A stretch of 64,000 nucleotides of DNA from Octopus sinensis (taxonomy: Eukaryota). Shown here in pieces: positions 1 through 12,475 of the stretch. The stretch's first letter is position 1. Every line of letters starts with the position of its first letter. The position numbers and the translations under genes were made by a program. The DNA lies in the NCBI RefSeq assembly GCF_006345805.1, contig NC_043010.1, forward strand, positions 20,026,001 to 20,090,000, written 5' to 3'. The notes beneath the pieces were generated by a model, which was not told the origin of the DNA, searched no databases, and worked only from the letters and a program-made list of their open reading frames with translations.

Positions 1-125
1 AAGGCACATGGCTCAGTGGTTAGAGTGGTATGTATGGGTGACTGCTGGTCTTCCTAAACAACTTTGCCCGGACTTGTGCCTGAGAGGTTAACTTTCAAGG
101 TGCAATCCCATGGTCAACCATTCCG

Positions 126-480
126 AAAGTGTAGTGGGTGCTTTTTACATGCCACCGGCATGGGGGCCAGTCAGGAAGCACTGGCATTGACCATGCTCAA
201 ATGATGCTTTTTATGAGCTACCAACAATGGAGGCAGTCAGGTGGCATTGGCATCGACCCACGCTCAAATGGTGCTTTTTACATGCCACCAGCATGGGCGC
301 CAGTTGGGCGGCATTGGCATCGACCCACGCTCAAATGGTGCTTTTTACGAGTCACCAGCACTGGAGCCAGTCAGGTGGCATTGGCATCGACCATGCTCAA
401 ATGGTGCTTTTTACGTGGCACCAGCATGGGCGCCAGTCGGGCGGCACTGGCATCGACCTATGCTCGTATGGTGCTTAACA
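126..480 (-). mobile_element. RTE-LINE 3'UTR fragment with 66-67 bp internal tandem repeats
   Basis: Units start at about 137, 203, 270, 337, 403 and 470; same family as 29821-30413. Confidence 0.75.
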
Positions 481-899
481 GATTGGTGAAAATGTTAGAG
501 TGTTCAGTCAGGATGTCTTACTGTATCTGTTTCAGCTCTGTTCTGCATTCAAGTGATTATATTGGTACCATTGTCTTACCATTCTCTTGGGTTCATCATT
601 GGCATAAAGAATAACTTGCATGCAAAGACAACTGCATGTCTTCCATCGAACAAACTTTGCCCAGGCTTGAGCATTACGGGTCTAAATCTATGACCAACAC
701 TGACTGACAGAGGTCTTAGAATTTTGCTGGCTATTAACCTCGTTTTTAAAGTTGAAAATATATGAAATAAAAAAAAAAGATGTATATTTAATGCAATGAG
801 GTCAACAGTTCTGAGAATTATAACCTGAGAAGATAAATTGTTGTTTATTTTATTTGGAAATACTCACATTTCTTATTTTGTATCTTTTTTTTTTTTCAG

Positions 900-1019
900 A
901 CGCGGGACAGTGATGATGAAGACAAATATGCAGATGATGTTGACATGCCTGGTCAGAAGTTTGAAACCAAACAAAGAATCACAGTTAGAAACCTGCGTAT
1001 TCGAGAAGACACTGCAAAA
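900..1019 (+). CDS. SLU7: Pre-mRNA splicing factor SLU7, internal exon (gene starts upstream of window)
   Basis: ttcag acceptor and GTAATT donor; encodes [40 protein letters not shown], matching the conserved SLU7 segment EDKYADDxDMPGQ...[12 protein letters not shown]. Confidence 0.96.
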
Positions 1020-1340
1020 GTAATTTCCATTTTCCAATTTATTTTTGTTTCTGCAATTGTTCTGGTTTTCCTTCCATGTGGCTCCGATCTGTTACCATTC
1101 TTGTCTTCAACATGTTGATTTTTTTCATTACTCTCTGTTCTGTTTTTAATCAGCCAAGATTCTATGTGGTGTCTGGACCTGTTAGACATTGCTTAGCATC
1201 ACACTGTGCTACCTTAAAACAAGGTCACATTGGACAGTGTATTTTAAGAGGTACAAAAAGATGAGATGGTCAAGGCTGGAATGCCCTTGATCATAAATCT
1301 GCTTCATAAGGGCTGCAGTGTCCTAAACAACAACACTGGT

Positions 1341-1739
1341 TAGAAAATTACTATTTGTAAATCTCACAACAAGAGATATTCAGCAACAGTATTTTGGAGT
1401 AAAGATTGTTTGCCAACATAACATGGCAGTAATATTCTAATTTATAGATCAGTGACTAGTTGTCATTTTAAAAACTATATATTTCAAATGGGAATTTGGC
1501 AGTGCCACCTCTAGCTGAACAATTATGCTGTGCTGATGAAGGGAAATAACCCAGAAATCTCGATACACAGATATTGTTTTGAGGTGAGTTGGGGTGCTAG
1601 ATTCCCTTGTTTGAAAATATAAGGACACAGATTGTGTCGCATAGCCAGCTTGGGATGATGTCTCCTGAGGCTAAATTACAGCAACATTCGTCCTAAACCA
1701 GGACTGCTGTATTATGTTGGCAAACAATCTTTACTCGAG
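1341..1739 (+). mobile_element. Hammerhead-carrying fold-back retroelement, family 1, copy 1
   Basis: 10-bp flanking direct repeat CAACACTGGT (1331-1340 and 1740-1749); homologous to 12476-13003. Confidence 0.75.
1528..1570 (+). ncRNA. Minimal type I hammerhead ribozyme, family 1 (C3-G8)
   Basis: Stem I CUGUG/CACAG, core CUGAUGA, stem II GGG/CCC, GAAA, stem III A-UCUCGA-U, AUA cleavage triplet; stem III palindrome has one mismatch. Confidence 0.65.
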
Positions 1740-2123
1740 CAACACTGGTGTCGAGAGAGAGAGAGAGAGAGATAGAAAGCCCATCAGCCAAAATCTCCTC
1801 GAATACTTCAAGTTAAACGTTCATAAAATTTTCTCTCTAATTGCCATCAGAATCAGCTGTAAGAACTAGGATCATCACCATATTGAAATTCTCAGTGTCC
1901 AATTCATCTGTTATTGCCAGTAGTTAAGCTGCTGGAAGCTGAGAATTGAACTCTGATGGACACCTGCATGCTATATTCTTCATTGAATTCATTGTTCTCT
2001 CCCTCATCTTGCTGACAGCATATCTCTACTTAGATTTCTTGTGATACAATTTCTGTGCCTCTTTCTTCTCAATGTCAGCACTCTTTGCAAACTACTCTTA
2101 TTAACTTTTCTTATCTTTTGCAG

Positions 2124-2221
2124 TATTTATATAACCTTGATCCAAATTCCAGTTTTTACGACCCTAAAACAAGGGCTATGAGAGAGAATCCTTTTAAAAA
2201 TTCTGGAAAAGAAGAAACAGA
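2124..2221 (+). CDS. SLU7: SLU7 exon
   Basis: tgcag/GTATGT; [32 protein letters not shown] (human [23 protein letters not shown]); phase 0 to 2. Confidence 0.97.
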
Positions 2222-3075
2222 GTATGTACTTTTGTTTTTTTATAGAGAAGAATAAATCAATTAACAATACAACTTGATCTCGTATTGGTTTTGATGAGAG
2301 GAACTACACACTCATTATATAGAACATTATATAGTGTGAATGGATCAATGTGTGTATGACAAGGCTGGGCCCTCAGTGTACTTGCAACAGACCCTCCAGT
2401 AGGTATCATCACAATCCTTGTCTGTCCATTTTCATTCACAAGCTCTAGGTTGAGCTAAAGCTTTGATGGTAGACACTTAATTAAGCAGCCACAGACTGGG
2501 ATCAAAGCCAGTTCTTCATGAGAGCCTTTTTTCTCTTTTATTTGTTTGATTTGCAGTCCCTCCAAGACTGGTGAGATTGATGTTGTTAATGGTCTGTTTA
2601 AACTGTTGCAGATTAACACTTGCAGGGAACAGATTACAGGGGGACAACATTCTGGGGAGGAAAGATTGGTCATAGTGGCTAGTGCAGGGTAAGCATGATG
2701 GGGCGACTATAACAAAGGTGATGAGAGTTGAAGAGATAAAAGGGTCAGAGGTGATTAAGTATGAAAGGTATGAGACCAGTCAGCTCCAGGAAACGTAGAT
2801 CAATATCGTAGTAATAGAAAAGATAGAGCGAGGAGACAGCATGACTGGAGTCCATTAGTGATGGAATGCCAATTAACTGAATGTGTCTTGATAAGCAAAA
2901 CATAGCCAAACTCTTGGACATTCATTTGGCCATGAATGTCCTAGAGTTGAATACATACAAGCTTTTATTTACTAATTTAGATTCCTAATTGATATTGTTT
3001 ATTTGTCCAATTATTATACTACATGTTGATAGTCCTTCGTTGTCATTAACTCACTTTGTGCCTTTCTCCTCACAG

Positions 3076-3143
3076 ACTGAAATATGCTGGAGATAATTTT
3101 GTTCGATATTCCAAAGATGCACAGAAAATGGCCCAAAGACAAA
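3076..3143 (+). CDS. SLU7: SLU7 exon
   Basis: cacag/GTAAAA; (E)LKYAGDNFVRYSKDAQKMAQRQ, YAGDNFVRY motif; phase 2 to 1 fits both neighbours. Confidence 0.95.
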
Positions 3144-3924
3144 GTAAAATTGTTTTATTTGATTTCTGTTTCATTGATTTCAATTTTATTTATTGTTGAA
3201 TAACTCTGATTAGTTCTTTCTTGTAGAGATTGCCAATTAAATATCAAGGAGTAACTAACATGTCTGTTTTCCCAAATATGCACATCGGATCTGAGTTTGC
3301 ACAAGGTATTTGCAGAAAGTTTCAGGTCTGTGGATACTCTGATTAATGGAAATGTATGCACAGCTGATGATCGTTACTCAACCAACCTAATGAGCCAGTC
3401 CACTAATTGGTTACTCATGGGTTCTACTTGTGTTCAATTGTTATGCAAGGCTTTTAGACTGCATTAACCCAGCTCTGATTTTTACACTTGATATCAAATT
3501 CAACCAAGATGCCAGCATCAAATTTTGTATCAAGTTCAGAAAATCATCATCATATGTCCATTTTCCATGCTGGCACAGATTGGACAGCTCGACAGGAACC
3601 AGCCAGTCAGAGAGCTGTCCAGGTTCCAATTTCCTATTTTGGCATGGTTTCTAAGGCTTGATGCCCTTCCTAATGTCAAATGCTTTACAGAATGTGCTAC
3701 TGGCACAGGTGGTTTTACATGACACAGGTACCGGCAGGAATGTATTTTACATGACACTGGCATGTAAAATGCACTCATTTAATTTTCAGAAATTTCTGAA
3801 TATAAGTCATCCCTCAAAACGCAATGTTAAGCTTCAGGTCAGAGACAGGTTTTTGAGTTGCCCATTCATTTCAAGGCTGGTTGAATATCAGCTGAAGGCA
3901 ATAAGCATTCCTGCTGACCAACTG

Positions 3925-4125
3925 TAATGACCATTTAAAGTGGCCACTCATAGTGACCACTAGCTGCTGTCGTTCATGGTGACCATTCACAGCAACATAT
4001 CATGGTGGCTGATCACAACAGCCATTCATTGCGGCCATTTACTTTGACCCCTCACAGTAACCAACCACTGTGACCACTTGCACTACCATTTGTGATGACC
4101 ATTCAGTGACCACTCACTAGCAAAA
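3925..4125. repeat. Degenerate ~20-bp minisatellite (gtgaccattcacag-like)
   Basis: Recurring gtgaccac/gtgaccat/atgaccat motifs. Confidence 0.45.
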
Positions 4126-5509
4126 CACGCCAATAAAAGTGAAAAAGTTAGTGAACTCGTCCATGAGACTGCCATAAAATAACCATCTCGCTTGAGTAGA
4201 ATCAGTTATGGAGTCTGCTAGAAGACGTTCATGGAAACCCTAAACATATTTGCTGTGAGGCTTATTCCTCCAGTGTTTACTCCACATCTTTCTGTACTCC
4301 TTTGAACATTTTCCCCAAGTTGCTTGATTTCTATTGAAGGTAAAGGGAGGGAGGGTAACACTTTGAAATGGTTAATGAAAGTGAAATGGAATCACAGACA
4401 GCATAAGAAAACTTTCAGCTAAAACACTTCCACTGTGCTTTTGAAATGTGATAGATATGGCTGAAACCTGTGCGGAGGCTATTTAAAAGTGAATGGTATC
4501 AAAAACCTAAATTATAAAATGCATTATTTACTAAAATACCAGCATGTTTTTATAGAATTTTGTGATACCATCTTGTATTAGAATATCTGATTATTTTGGG
4601 TGCCAGGGTGATTTATAAGGTGACCCCCACCCAAGAGACAAACATCCTATGTCAATATTTGACAACCGCTAATTTCAACAGTTGCTACTTTAGTTGTTCA
4701 ACAACAAATCAATACCGATTCCATTGAATTGTCTTTCATCTTTTATTTAGACATAATCGATGCCAGATAATATTGCCGAATGTCTCCCGTCTATTTTAAG
4801 ATGGTAGCATCTGGTTTAACTCTTTAGCATTCAGATTACTCTGTCAAATGTAATGCTTATTTATTCAGTGCTTGAGAAGACCTGTTGAGTCAAGCGAAAT
4901 TGTAGCCGTGGCCAAAGCTAGTGCCACCTGACTGGCACCCATGAAATCACCATACAAGCGTGGACGATGCCAGTGCCACCTGATTGGCCTCCGTGCCAGT
5001 GGCATATAAAAAGCACCCACTACACTCTCAGAATGGTTGACGTTAGGGAGGGCATTCAGCTGTATAAACATTGCCAGATGAGATTGGAGCCTGGTGCGGC
5101 CTCCAGTCAAACCGTCCAACCCATGCCAGCATGGAAAACAGATGTCAAACGATGATGATGATGATTGTTTTGAATTAATCCTGGATTATTTCATAGCTTC
5201 AAGGTTTCAACAAGTTGATTGCTTATTTTTTTAATGATAATGTGGGATGCATGTGAAAGGCCAGGTGTGACCAGTTTAAATACTAAGGAGTTAAGAGAGA
5301 TTTAGCTACTGTTTCCTGCAAACCTGGTGCCATGTAGAAGCTCCTTTGTTTGGCTTGTAATTTCATAAATTCTTTAATGATATTGAGATTGTTCCAATAA
5401 CGGTCAATAAAGACAACTGACATTTCACATTTACAGAGAAATAAGGAGCAATAAATTTTAAACCAGGCTTGGTAGGTATTGAACTCCAGTCATCTATTTT
5501 ACATTTCAG

Positions 5510-5706
5510 TGTTTGCCTGGGATGCATATGAGCGTGGTGTTGATGTCCACCTCCAAGCTGACCCTACCAAGTTGGAATTGTTACACAAGGAATATGAAAA
5601 CAGGAAGGATCAATTTAAAACGGGTCAAAGAGAAGGTATTTTAGAGAAGTACGGAGGTGAAGAACATTTAGAGGCTCCACCAAAACAACTCCTTTTGGCC
5701 CAGTCG
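5510..5706 (+). CDS. SLU7: SLU7 exon
   Basis: ttcag/GTAAGT; (M)[24 protein letters not shown]...[23 protein letters not shown]. Confidence 0.97.
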
Positions 5707-6138
5707 GTAAGTAATTCGTTTTATATCAGGGGAAATTTATAATATTTGCCTGGCAGACTCATTAGAGAGTCAGGTAAAATGCATGTGGTATTCAGTTGTG
5801 ATTATTGACATTCTGAGATCAAATCCCATCAAGATTAACTCTGCATTTTGTCCTTTTGAGACCCAAAAATAAATAAATATTCAAGTACTGGAGTTGAATT
5901 AATCTTTTATCTTTCATTTGTCTTAGTCATTAGACTGTGGCCATGCTGGAGCACCACTTTGTAGGATATTAGTTGAATGAATTGACCCCAGTGCTTATTC
6001 TTTAAGCCTAGTACTTATTCAGTTGGTCTCTTTTGCTGAACCTCTAAGTTATGGGGACATAAATGAATCAACACCAGTTGTCAGGTGGTGGTGGGGGACA
6101 AACACAGACACAAAGACACACACGTGTGTGTCTGTGTT

Positions 6139-6179
<41 letters not shown>

Positions 6180-6564
6180 CAAATAAGTAACAAGGATGTC
6201 CAGGCATCAGTGCATTATGGCTGTTTCCATTTGATCAATCAATGAAAGCATTACATCAATTTGAAAGGAACCACTCTCCTCAGATGCAGATGACCCTTTC
6301 CAATATAAAGAATAAACCATTTTTTAGCACAATTTACATCAGTACTAGAAGCCAAAACATATGTTCAACTGCGTCTGAAGAGAGCAGTTCCTTTCAAATT
6401 GATGTAATGTTTTCATTGATTGATTAAATGGAGTGGCTTGAAGTGGCTGTAACACCCTTGTTTTTTATTTGATTTTTATTCACGTAACTGTGAAGTGCAT
6501 GGACTATACCGAACTGGCTTGGTGCCTCAATTTAAGTACCTAATTCAACTGAATCTTAATTATT

Positions 6565-6617
<53 letters not shown>

Positions 6618-8166
6618 CACACACACACATGGTGGGCTTCTTTCAATTTCTGTCTATCAATTCCACTCACAAGGCTTTGGCTGGCCCAAGGCTACAGTAG
6701 AAGACACTTGCCCAAAATGTCATGAAGTGGAACTGAACCTGGAACCACATAGTTGGAAAGGAAACTTCTTACAACACAGCCTCAATTCAAAACCTTGATG
6801 TGAATTGATTTAAAACAGAAGATGAGTATTGAGTTTCATTTAGAAACCATTGGTGTCAGCTATATCAAATTTAACCCAAATAGCCATTGTTTCTTAATGT
6901 TCAGTTAACTTGTTTGGAGGTGAAAAGAAATTAAATTTTGTTACTGGATTTTTCATATTTAAGGTTTGCAAAGCCCTGGTTTAAAGCATATTTACTTCTT
7001 AATCTTATTGATAAAAGATGAAACAAAAATTACCTTTACACGTTTTCTCTGTTCGTTTGTCTGTCCGTCTCTCTCCCCCGCCCCCACCTTTTCTGAAACC
7101 TGAGTTGCCTCCCTTCTTTCTGTAACTTTCTAATTCTCTTCAATAACCATTCTTACTTAACCATTCTTCCACCCACTCTCATTTGATCTTTGTTCTCATC
7201 ATCGCTCTTGCCTTACATGTGGCTATTTCAACTAGATTTCCCTCCCTTGTTTTTATATGACTGACTTGGATACTGCACCCACTCCTCATTCATTTGTGCC
7301 TGTTATCTTTTACTTTTAAGCTTTCTCTACAGAATTCAGAGCCAGTACTGAAAGTTATAATGTTTTGTATATGAATACATCAATGTAAACACTGCTTTCC
7401 ATGCTAGCATGGGTTGGACAGTTTGACTGAGGAGTGACGAACCAGATGGCTGCACCAGGATCCAATCTGATTTGGCAAAGTTTCTACAGCTGGATGCCCT
7501 TCCTAATACCAACTACTCTGAGTGTAGTGGCTGCTTTTACGTGCCACCAGCATGAGGGCCAGTCAGGTGGCACTGGCAACGACCACGCTCAAATGTTATT
7601 TTTCATGTGCCACCAGTACATGTACCAGTAAGGCGATGCTGGCAACAATCACACTTGAATGGTGCTTTTTATGTGCCACCAGCACGGGAGCCAGTCAAGT
7701 GGCCCTGGAAACAATCAAGCTCAGATAATGCTTTTAAGGTTCCACTGGCACGTGTGCCAAACAGGTAGTGCTGTCATCGACCACGTCAGTGATTTTGATT
7801 GTGTTCATATACGAAACATAACGTTCAGTGTTGGCTCTAAATTCTATGGAATATTTGTTGAGATAACTGCTAATACAAAATGGCAGGACACTTTATTGAT
7901 CCATAAACCTTTCATATACTTGGTTGTATATTATAGTTGCTAAACGAAATATGGTGTCTTTACAAAGCAGTTGATATTATCTTGGAAAGAGGTTTTCAAT
8001 CAATTCATTGAGTGTTGTTGCATAAAAACAGCCCAACAACACTAACAAATGCACCTATGCCTCTCACTTTGTATAAATTGTGCATGTCTGTTAGTGATAC
8101 AAGTATTTGAAGGACGAAACCTTTGACTATTAAAATCCTAATGTTATACAATGTTATACAAGTGAA

Positions 8167-8500
8167 GGCGCATGGCTCATTGGTTAGAGCGTCGAGCTTA
8201 CGATCGTGAGGTTGTGAGCTCGAATCCCGGACCGGGCTGCGTGTTGTGTTCTCGAGCAAGGCACTTTATTTCACGTTGCTCCAGTTCACTCCAGCTGTAG
8301 AAATGAGTTGCGACGTCACTGGTGTCAAGCTGTATCGACCTTTGTCTTTCCCTTGGATAACACTGGTGGCGTGGAGAGGGGAGGCTGGTATGCATGGGCG
8401 ACTGCTGGCCTTCCATAAACAACCTTGCCCGGACTTGTGTCTAGGAGGGTAACTTTCTAGGTGCAATCCCATGGTCATTCATGACCGAAGGGGGTCTTTT
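8167..8500 (+). mobile_element. tRNA-derived SINE (family A)
   Basis: A-box TGGCTCATTGG, B-box-like GCTCGAATCC, central gagcaaggcacttta motif; copies at 1-125 (+, internally deleted) and 42892-43221 (-); related heads at about 13840-14168 (-) and 22980-23290 (+). Confidence 0.8.
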
Positions 8501-8632
8501 TATACAAGTTTATTACATCTGCCTCAGATTATTCTGTTTCATCTTCGATATTTCACAACGTGGGGGTGAGGTGGAGGGTGTTTATACATTATTTACATTT
8601 GATGGATATTTGTCCTCATCTTGTTTGTTGTT

Positions 8633-8680
8633 AACACAACGTTTCGGCTGATATATACTCTCCAGCCTTCATCAGGTGTT
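8633..8680 (-). ncRNA. Minimal type I hammerhead ribozyme, family 2 (canonical core)
   Basis: aacac-CUGAUGA-A-GGCUG-loop-CAGCC-GAAA-CG-UU-guguu; palindromic ACGU stem III. Confidence 0.85.
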
Positions 8681-8897
8681 TTGGGGAAATTTTGAACCTG
8701 GGTTCTCATTTCTAAGGTATTTTCCAATGTTATTGTTATTATTATTATTATTATTAGTTAGGTCACTGCTTGATGAAGGCTGGAGGGTATATGACAAATA
8801 TCCGTCAAATGTAAATAATGTACATGATTCTTCATCTCTTAAATATAGAACTGGAGTATTTATATTTGAACATTTTTCTGTATATTTTGATATTTAG

Positions 8898-9002
8898 GAA
8901 GATTATGTTGAGTATTCACGTCATGGGACGATTATCAAAGGCCAAGAGAAGGCATCTATCAAGTCACGCTACGAAGAAGATGTTTATCCAAATAACCACA
9001 CA
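8898..9002 (+). CDS. SLU7: SLU7 exon
   Basis: tttag/GTAAGT; [35 protein letters not shown]. Confidence 0.97.
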
Positions 9003-9119
9003 GTAAGTTTGTGTTAGATTTTATTCAATATCATCATCATTGCCATCTGTTCTCCATAGGTCGGATGGTTTGATAGGAGCTAGCAGGGCCAGGAGCCACA
9101 CCAGGTTCCATAGTTTGTT

Positions 9120-9351
9120 TTTCGCCTGGTTTCTTATTTCTTTTCTGCCCACAAGGGGCCACACACAGAGAGGACAAACAAGGACAGTCGATTATATCAA
9201 CCCCAGTGCGTAACTGGTACTTATTTAATCGACTCCAAAAGGATGAAAGGCAAAGTCGACCTCGGCAGAATTTGAACTCAGAACGTAACGGCAGACGAAA
9301 TACGGCTACGCATTTCACCCGGCGTGCTAACGTTTCTGCCAGCTTGCCGCC
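9120..9351 (-). mobile_element. tRNA-like SINE (family B, ggcggcgagctggcagaaacgttagc... head)
   Basis: Many copies, e.g. about 16130-16340, 18560-18760, 20120-21692 (five), 31085-31285, 35774-35994, 44065-44265, 62000-62190. Confidence 0.8.
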
Positions 9352-9895
9352 TTGTAAGGATGCAGTAGCATATAACTTTATGTCTCGAACCGAAACCATT
9401 TCTAAAAAAAAAAAAAAGTGACACATGCTGGGATCACATTTTTACCACTAAACTACTCTGATCATAAAACAGACGAAATACCGCTAAGCATTTCGTCCGG
9501 AGTGCTAACGTTTCTGCCAGCTCGCCGCCTTATATGGTTTCTATGACTGGATGCCCTTCCTAATGCCAACCACTTTACAGAGTGGACTGGGTGCTTTTTA
9601 TGTGGCACCAACACCACATGATTGTGTGAAAGGATTTAGGATAAGAATGAGTAAATAAAGTTTGATACTGTTGTATGATTTGGGTTTTCTTAATTGTTCC
9701 TGAATCAAACATAAAGATGAAAAAGATTGATAGTACAATGATCTGGATTGCATTTTAAGGGGAATAAATTCTATTTTTAATGGCTTTCTGAGAGGGAGAA
9801 CATGAGCAGCCTTAATATGGTGTCTCCTCCAAAACTGGTGAGCAGAAATTATTGTCAAACCAGAGAATAATGTGAACTCTGTGAAAGGTACTTAA

Positions 9896-10115
9896 CCCTT
9901 CTGATACCAACCCAGCTGAAACCAGTTCTGGCTCTGAGTTCAAATGTCTTGTTTTCAAAAGTTTTGAATTAAAATCTTCCACCAAACCTTAGTCATAATT
10001 TATGTTTCTAACACTAGCTGAATGATAACTAAGTTATTTTACTAAATTCTTTGTTATATTTAAAGTAATTGAAAGAAACACAGAACATCTCAAGATAAAT
10101 ACAGCAATGAAAGGG
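9896..10115 (+). mobile_element. piggyBac-like MITE
   Basis: TTAA-CCCTT...AAGGG-TTAC termini; same family as 29222-29442 and 60659-60883. Confidence 0.65.
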
Positions 10116-10770
10116 TTACTGGTCAGATGGTAGTTTTAAAGTTGGTGATTGATGAAGTCTGCTACACAAGGAGAGCCAACAAGCTTTTGCACCATTTCTA
10201 CCAATCTCACAAAGTTTTTTTTTTCAAGCCTGTTGTCTACACCAGCAGTTTGCAATAGCAACTCTCAGGGCCACATGTGGCCCTCAAGCATCCTTTCAGT
10301 GGCCCTCAATAGTATGAATTTTTCTTTAAATTGTGTTGTACTTTTGTTTGGTGTGAAGCCCCAAGAAAAGTCTAGTTTTGGGATCTGGCTCAGACATTAA
10401 AGAGGTTGAAAACCCCTTGTATATACAGTCTCATTGAATAAGAATCGTTACAGTGAGAACAGAGGTAAAAATTGTTCAAATGAATGCATACAATTCTTGA
10501 CAAATCTTGCAGTCTCAGCTGCAAAAGCTTTGCATTCAGATGAGCATGTGCATTTATTGGAAAAAAAGAAAGAAACCTTCTTGATTCACTGTGTATAGAC
10601 AAAGTGAAGGGGAAATAAGCCACATCTTTTAGCCTGTAGATTAATAAATTTCTTTCTCATTGGTTGCAATAAATGATTCCTTAAGATGTACTAATTTGAC
10701 TAATCAGAGTCAGTACTAATTACTACTTTATTCTGGATCCAACCTTGAATGGATGCTAGTGATATATATA

Positions 10771-11140
10771 TCTATTATATAAAATCCGTTCTGTCTGTCT
10801 GTGTATATTGTTTTCTAGGATCTCGGGCATCCTCCATCTGATTGCACTCAAATTTGATATGTAGATACCGATGGTATCAGGGCATGTATAAGTCTTGAAA
10901 AAATTACAAAAATTGATTCCAGGTGAGAATGTGATTGATAAAGCCATGCGAACGTGCATTTGTACGTGCAAGTACATCAGCTGTTGCGATCGATACTACG
11001 CGTACGCGAGAAAAATGCACATGCAGTTTGTGCAAAAAAAGCTGGCTGGCTTGAAATAATGTCACAAAATGGGACGGTCGGACAAGTTGTTTTGAGAAAA
11101 TTTGGTTTAAATGTTTGACAACTCAGCACCGTCCATTGGA
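10771..11140 (+). mobile_element. Helitron-like 5' fragment
   Basis: Starts TCtattatataaaatccgttctgtctgtctg, resembling the other Helitron 5' ends in the window; no 3' end found. Confidence 0.4.
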
Positions 11141-11465
11141 CGGTGGGGTGGGGGGGGGGTTTGCTTACATGTATATATATATATATATATGTATATATTT
11201 TGTTACAAAATTTTTTTTAATTAAAATATAACAGATTTTTTTCTATTATAAAATTGAACCTGGTGTTGAGCTAAACATAATGAAGGGTTCCATGTTTGAC
11301 ATCCCTAATCTAAAAGTCTCCAGTTTTATGCTGAAGAACCAAATAATTATTTCTAAATTTCTTCCATGGCTCTTCAGGAATTGTATTTTAAAATTTCAAA
11401 ATATTGAAAAATTATTTATGTAAAATATTTTGAGTAATATTTTTGTCTTTTTTATTTGTTTCCAG

Positions 11466-11573
11466 AGTGTTTGGGGTTCTTACTGGAAAGAAGGCCAATG
11501 GGGTTTCAAGTGTTGTCATTCATTAATAAAAGGCAGTTACTGCACTGGAGAAGCTGGTAAAGACGCTAACAAT
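11466..11573 (+). CDS. SLU7: SLU7 exon
   Basis: tccag/GTAAGT; [36 protein letters not shown]. Confidence 0.97.
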
Positions 11574-11794
11574 GTAAGTTTCTCTTGTCTGTCTGTCTGT
11601 TTGTCTGAGGTTGTGGAAGATTTGTTAAAGAGGACTTTCTGAGGTGAAATGCCACCAATGTTGACTTTGCTTTTTCAGAGTTGATAGAATTAAGTACCAG
11701 CCAAATGCTGGTGTCAATGTAATCATCTATCCCTCCCGACCCCTCTTCCTAAAATTGCAGGCCTTGTGCCAAAAATTGAAACTAATAATTATTA

Positions 11795-12055
11795 TAGTGA
11801 TTATTATCTTCTAGACTTGAGATTGGTCTTATTCCAGGTGGGACTTCAGTGGGTAGCTGGTTACTAACTATGACCTTAGATGCTTTCAATATGCCATCAA
11901 GTGCTCAAAACCCTTCTGGTGATCTTTCCTGTTCCTAAGAGGCAAATCTTTTGTAGAAGCTCTACAGGATGTTCCAGTGCAATCTCCGTTATCCCTAATG
12001 CACCAATTATAATTACTGTTATGAGCGAGAGCACAGTGCATGCCATCAGAGTGAT
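11795..12055 (-). mobile_element. RLE-type (R4/Dong-like) non-LTR element 3' end
   Basis: IIIGALG...LLQKICLLGTGKITRRVLST plus 3'UTR and TAA-rich tail; homologous to 22010-22195 (+). Confidence 0.65.
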
Positions 12056-12475
12056 GCTGGGGTACAAATATATAAGACCCAATATACATATCATGACTTC
12101 CCATCTGATAAGGGTACACCAGGCATATGCATCACAACCATATGTGCAACATGGTGACCTCATATCAAAATAAACAGTGCACATGACTTTGCAAATGGGG
12201 CCCAGTTAGAATTTTCTTCAAGTTGAGTAGCCCATCCTGCTCAAAAGATCCCTGAATAAAGGTTGTTTAAGGACGATGAATGAAATACCCATGTTTCCAG
12301 GGGTGAATTATTCAAATCTCAAAGAATTCCTCTCAGCACATAGCTATGACACTCACCCCACTACTCCTGCTCATGATCAGAAATGCTCAGAGTTACTGAC
12401 AAGCAAATCTGTGGTGTTGAACAGAATATTTTTTGTGGCCCATCTTTTCTACCAAGACAAAACATTTATATGATA

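Noticed and set aside
126-480. CRISPR-like appearance of the 66-bp array (and of the 106-bp arrays at 50671-52890)
   Set aside because: Whole units repeat with no unique spacers, no cas genes, eukaryotic context
138-614. 158-aa ORF and similar ORFs at 35987-36646 and 7434-7943
   Set aside because: Lie in RTE 3'UTR tandem units read antisense; periodic peptide, no domain
8167-8245. Possible tRNA genes at SINE heads
   Set aside because: A/B boxes present, but no complete cloverleaf, and each runs into a SINE body
10735-10760. GCTAGT just before the Helitron-like 5' end as a Helitron 3' terminus
   Set aside because: No GC-rich terminal hairpin like those of the other Helitrons in the window
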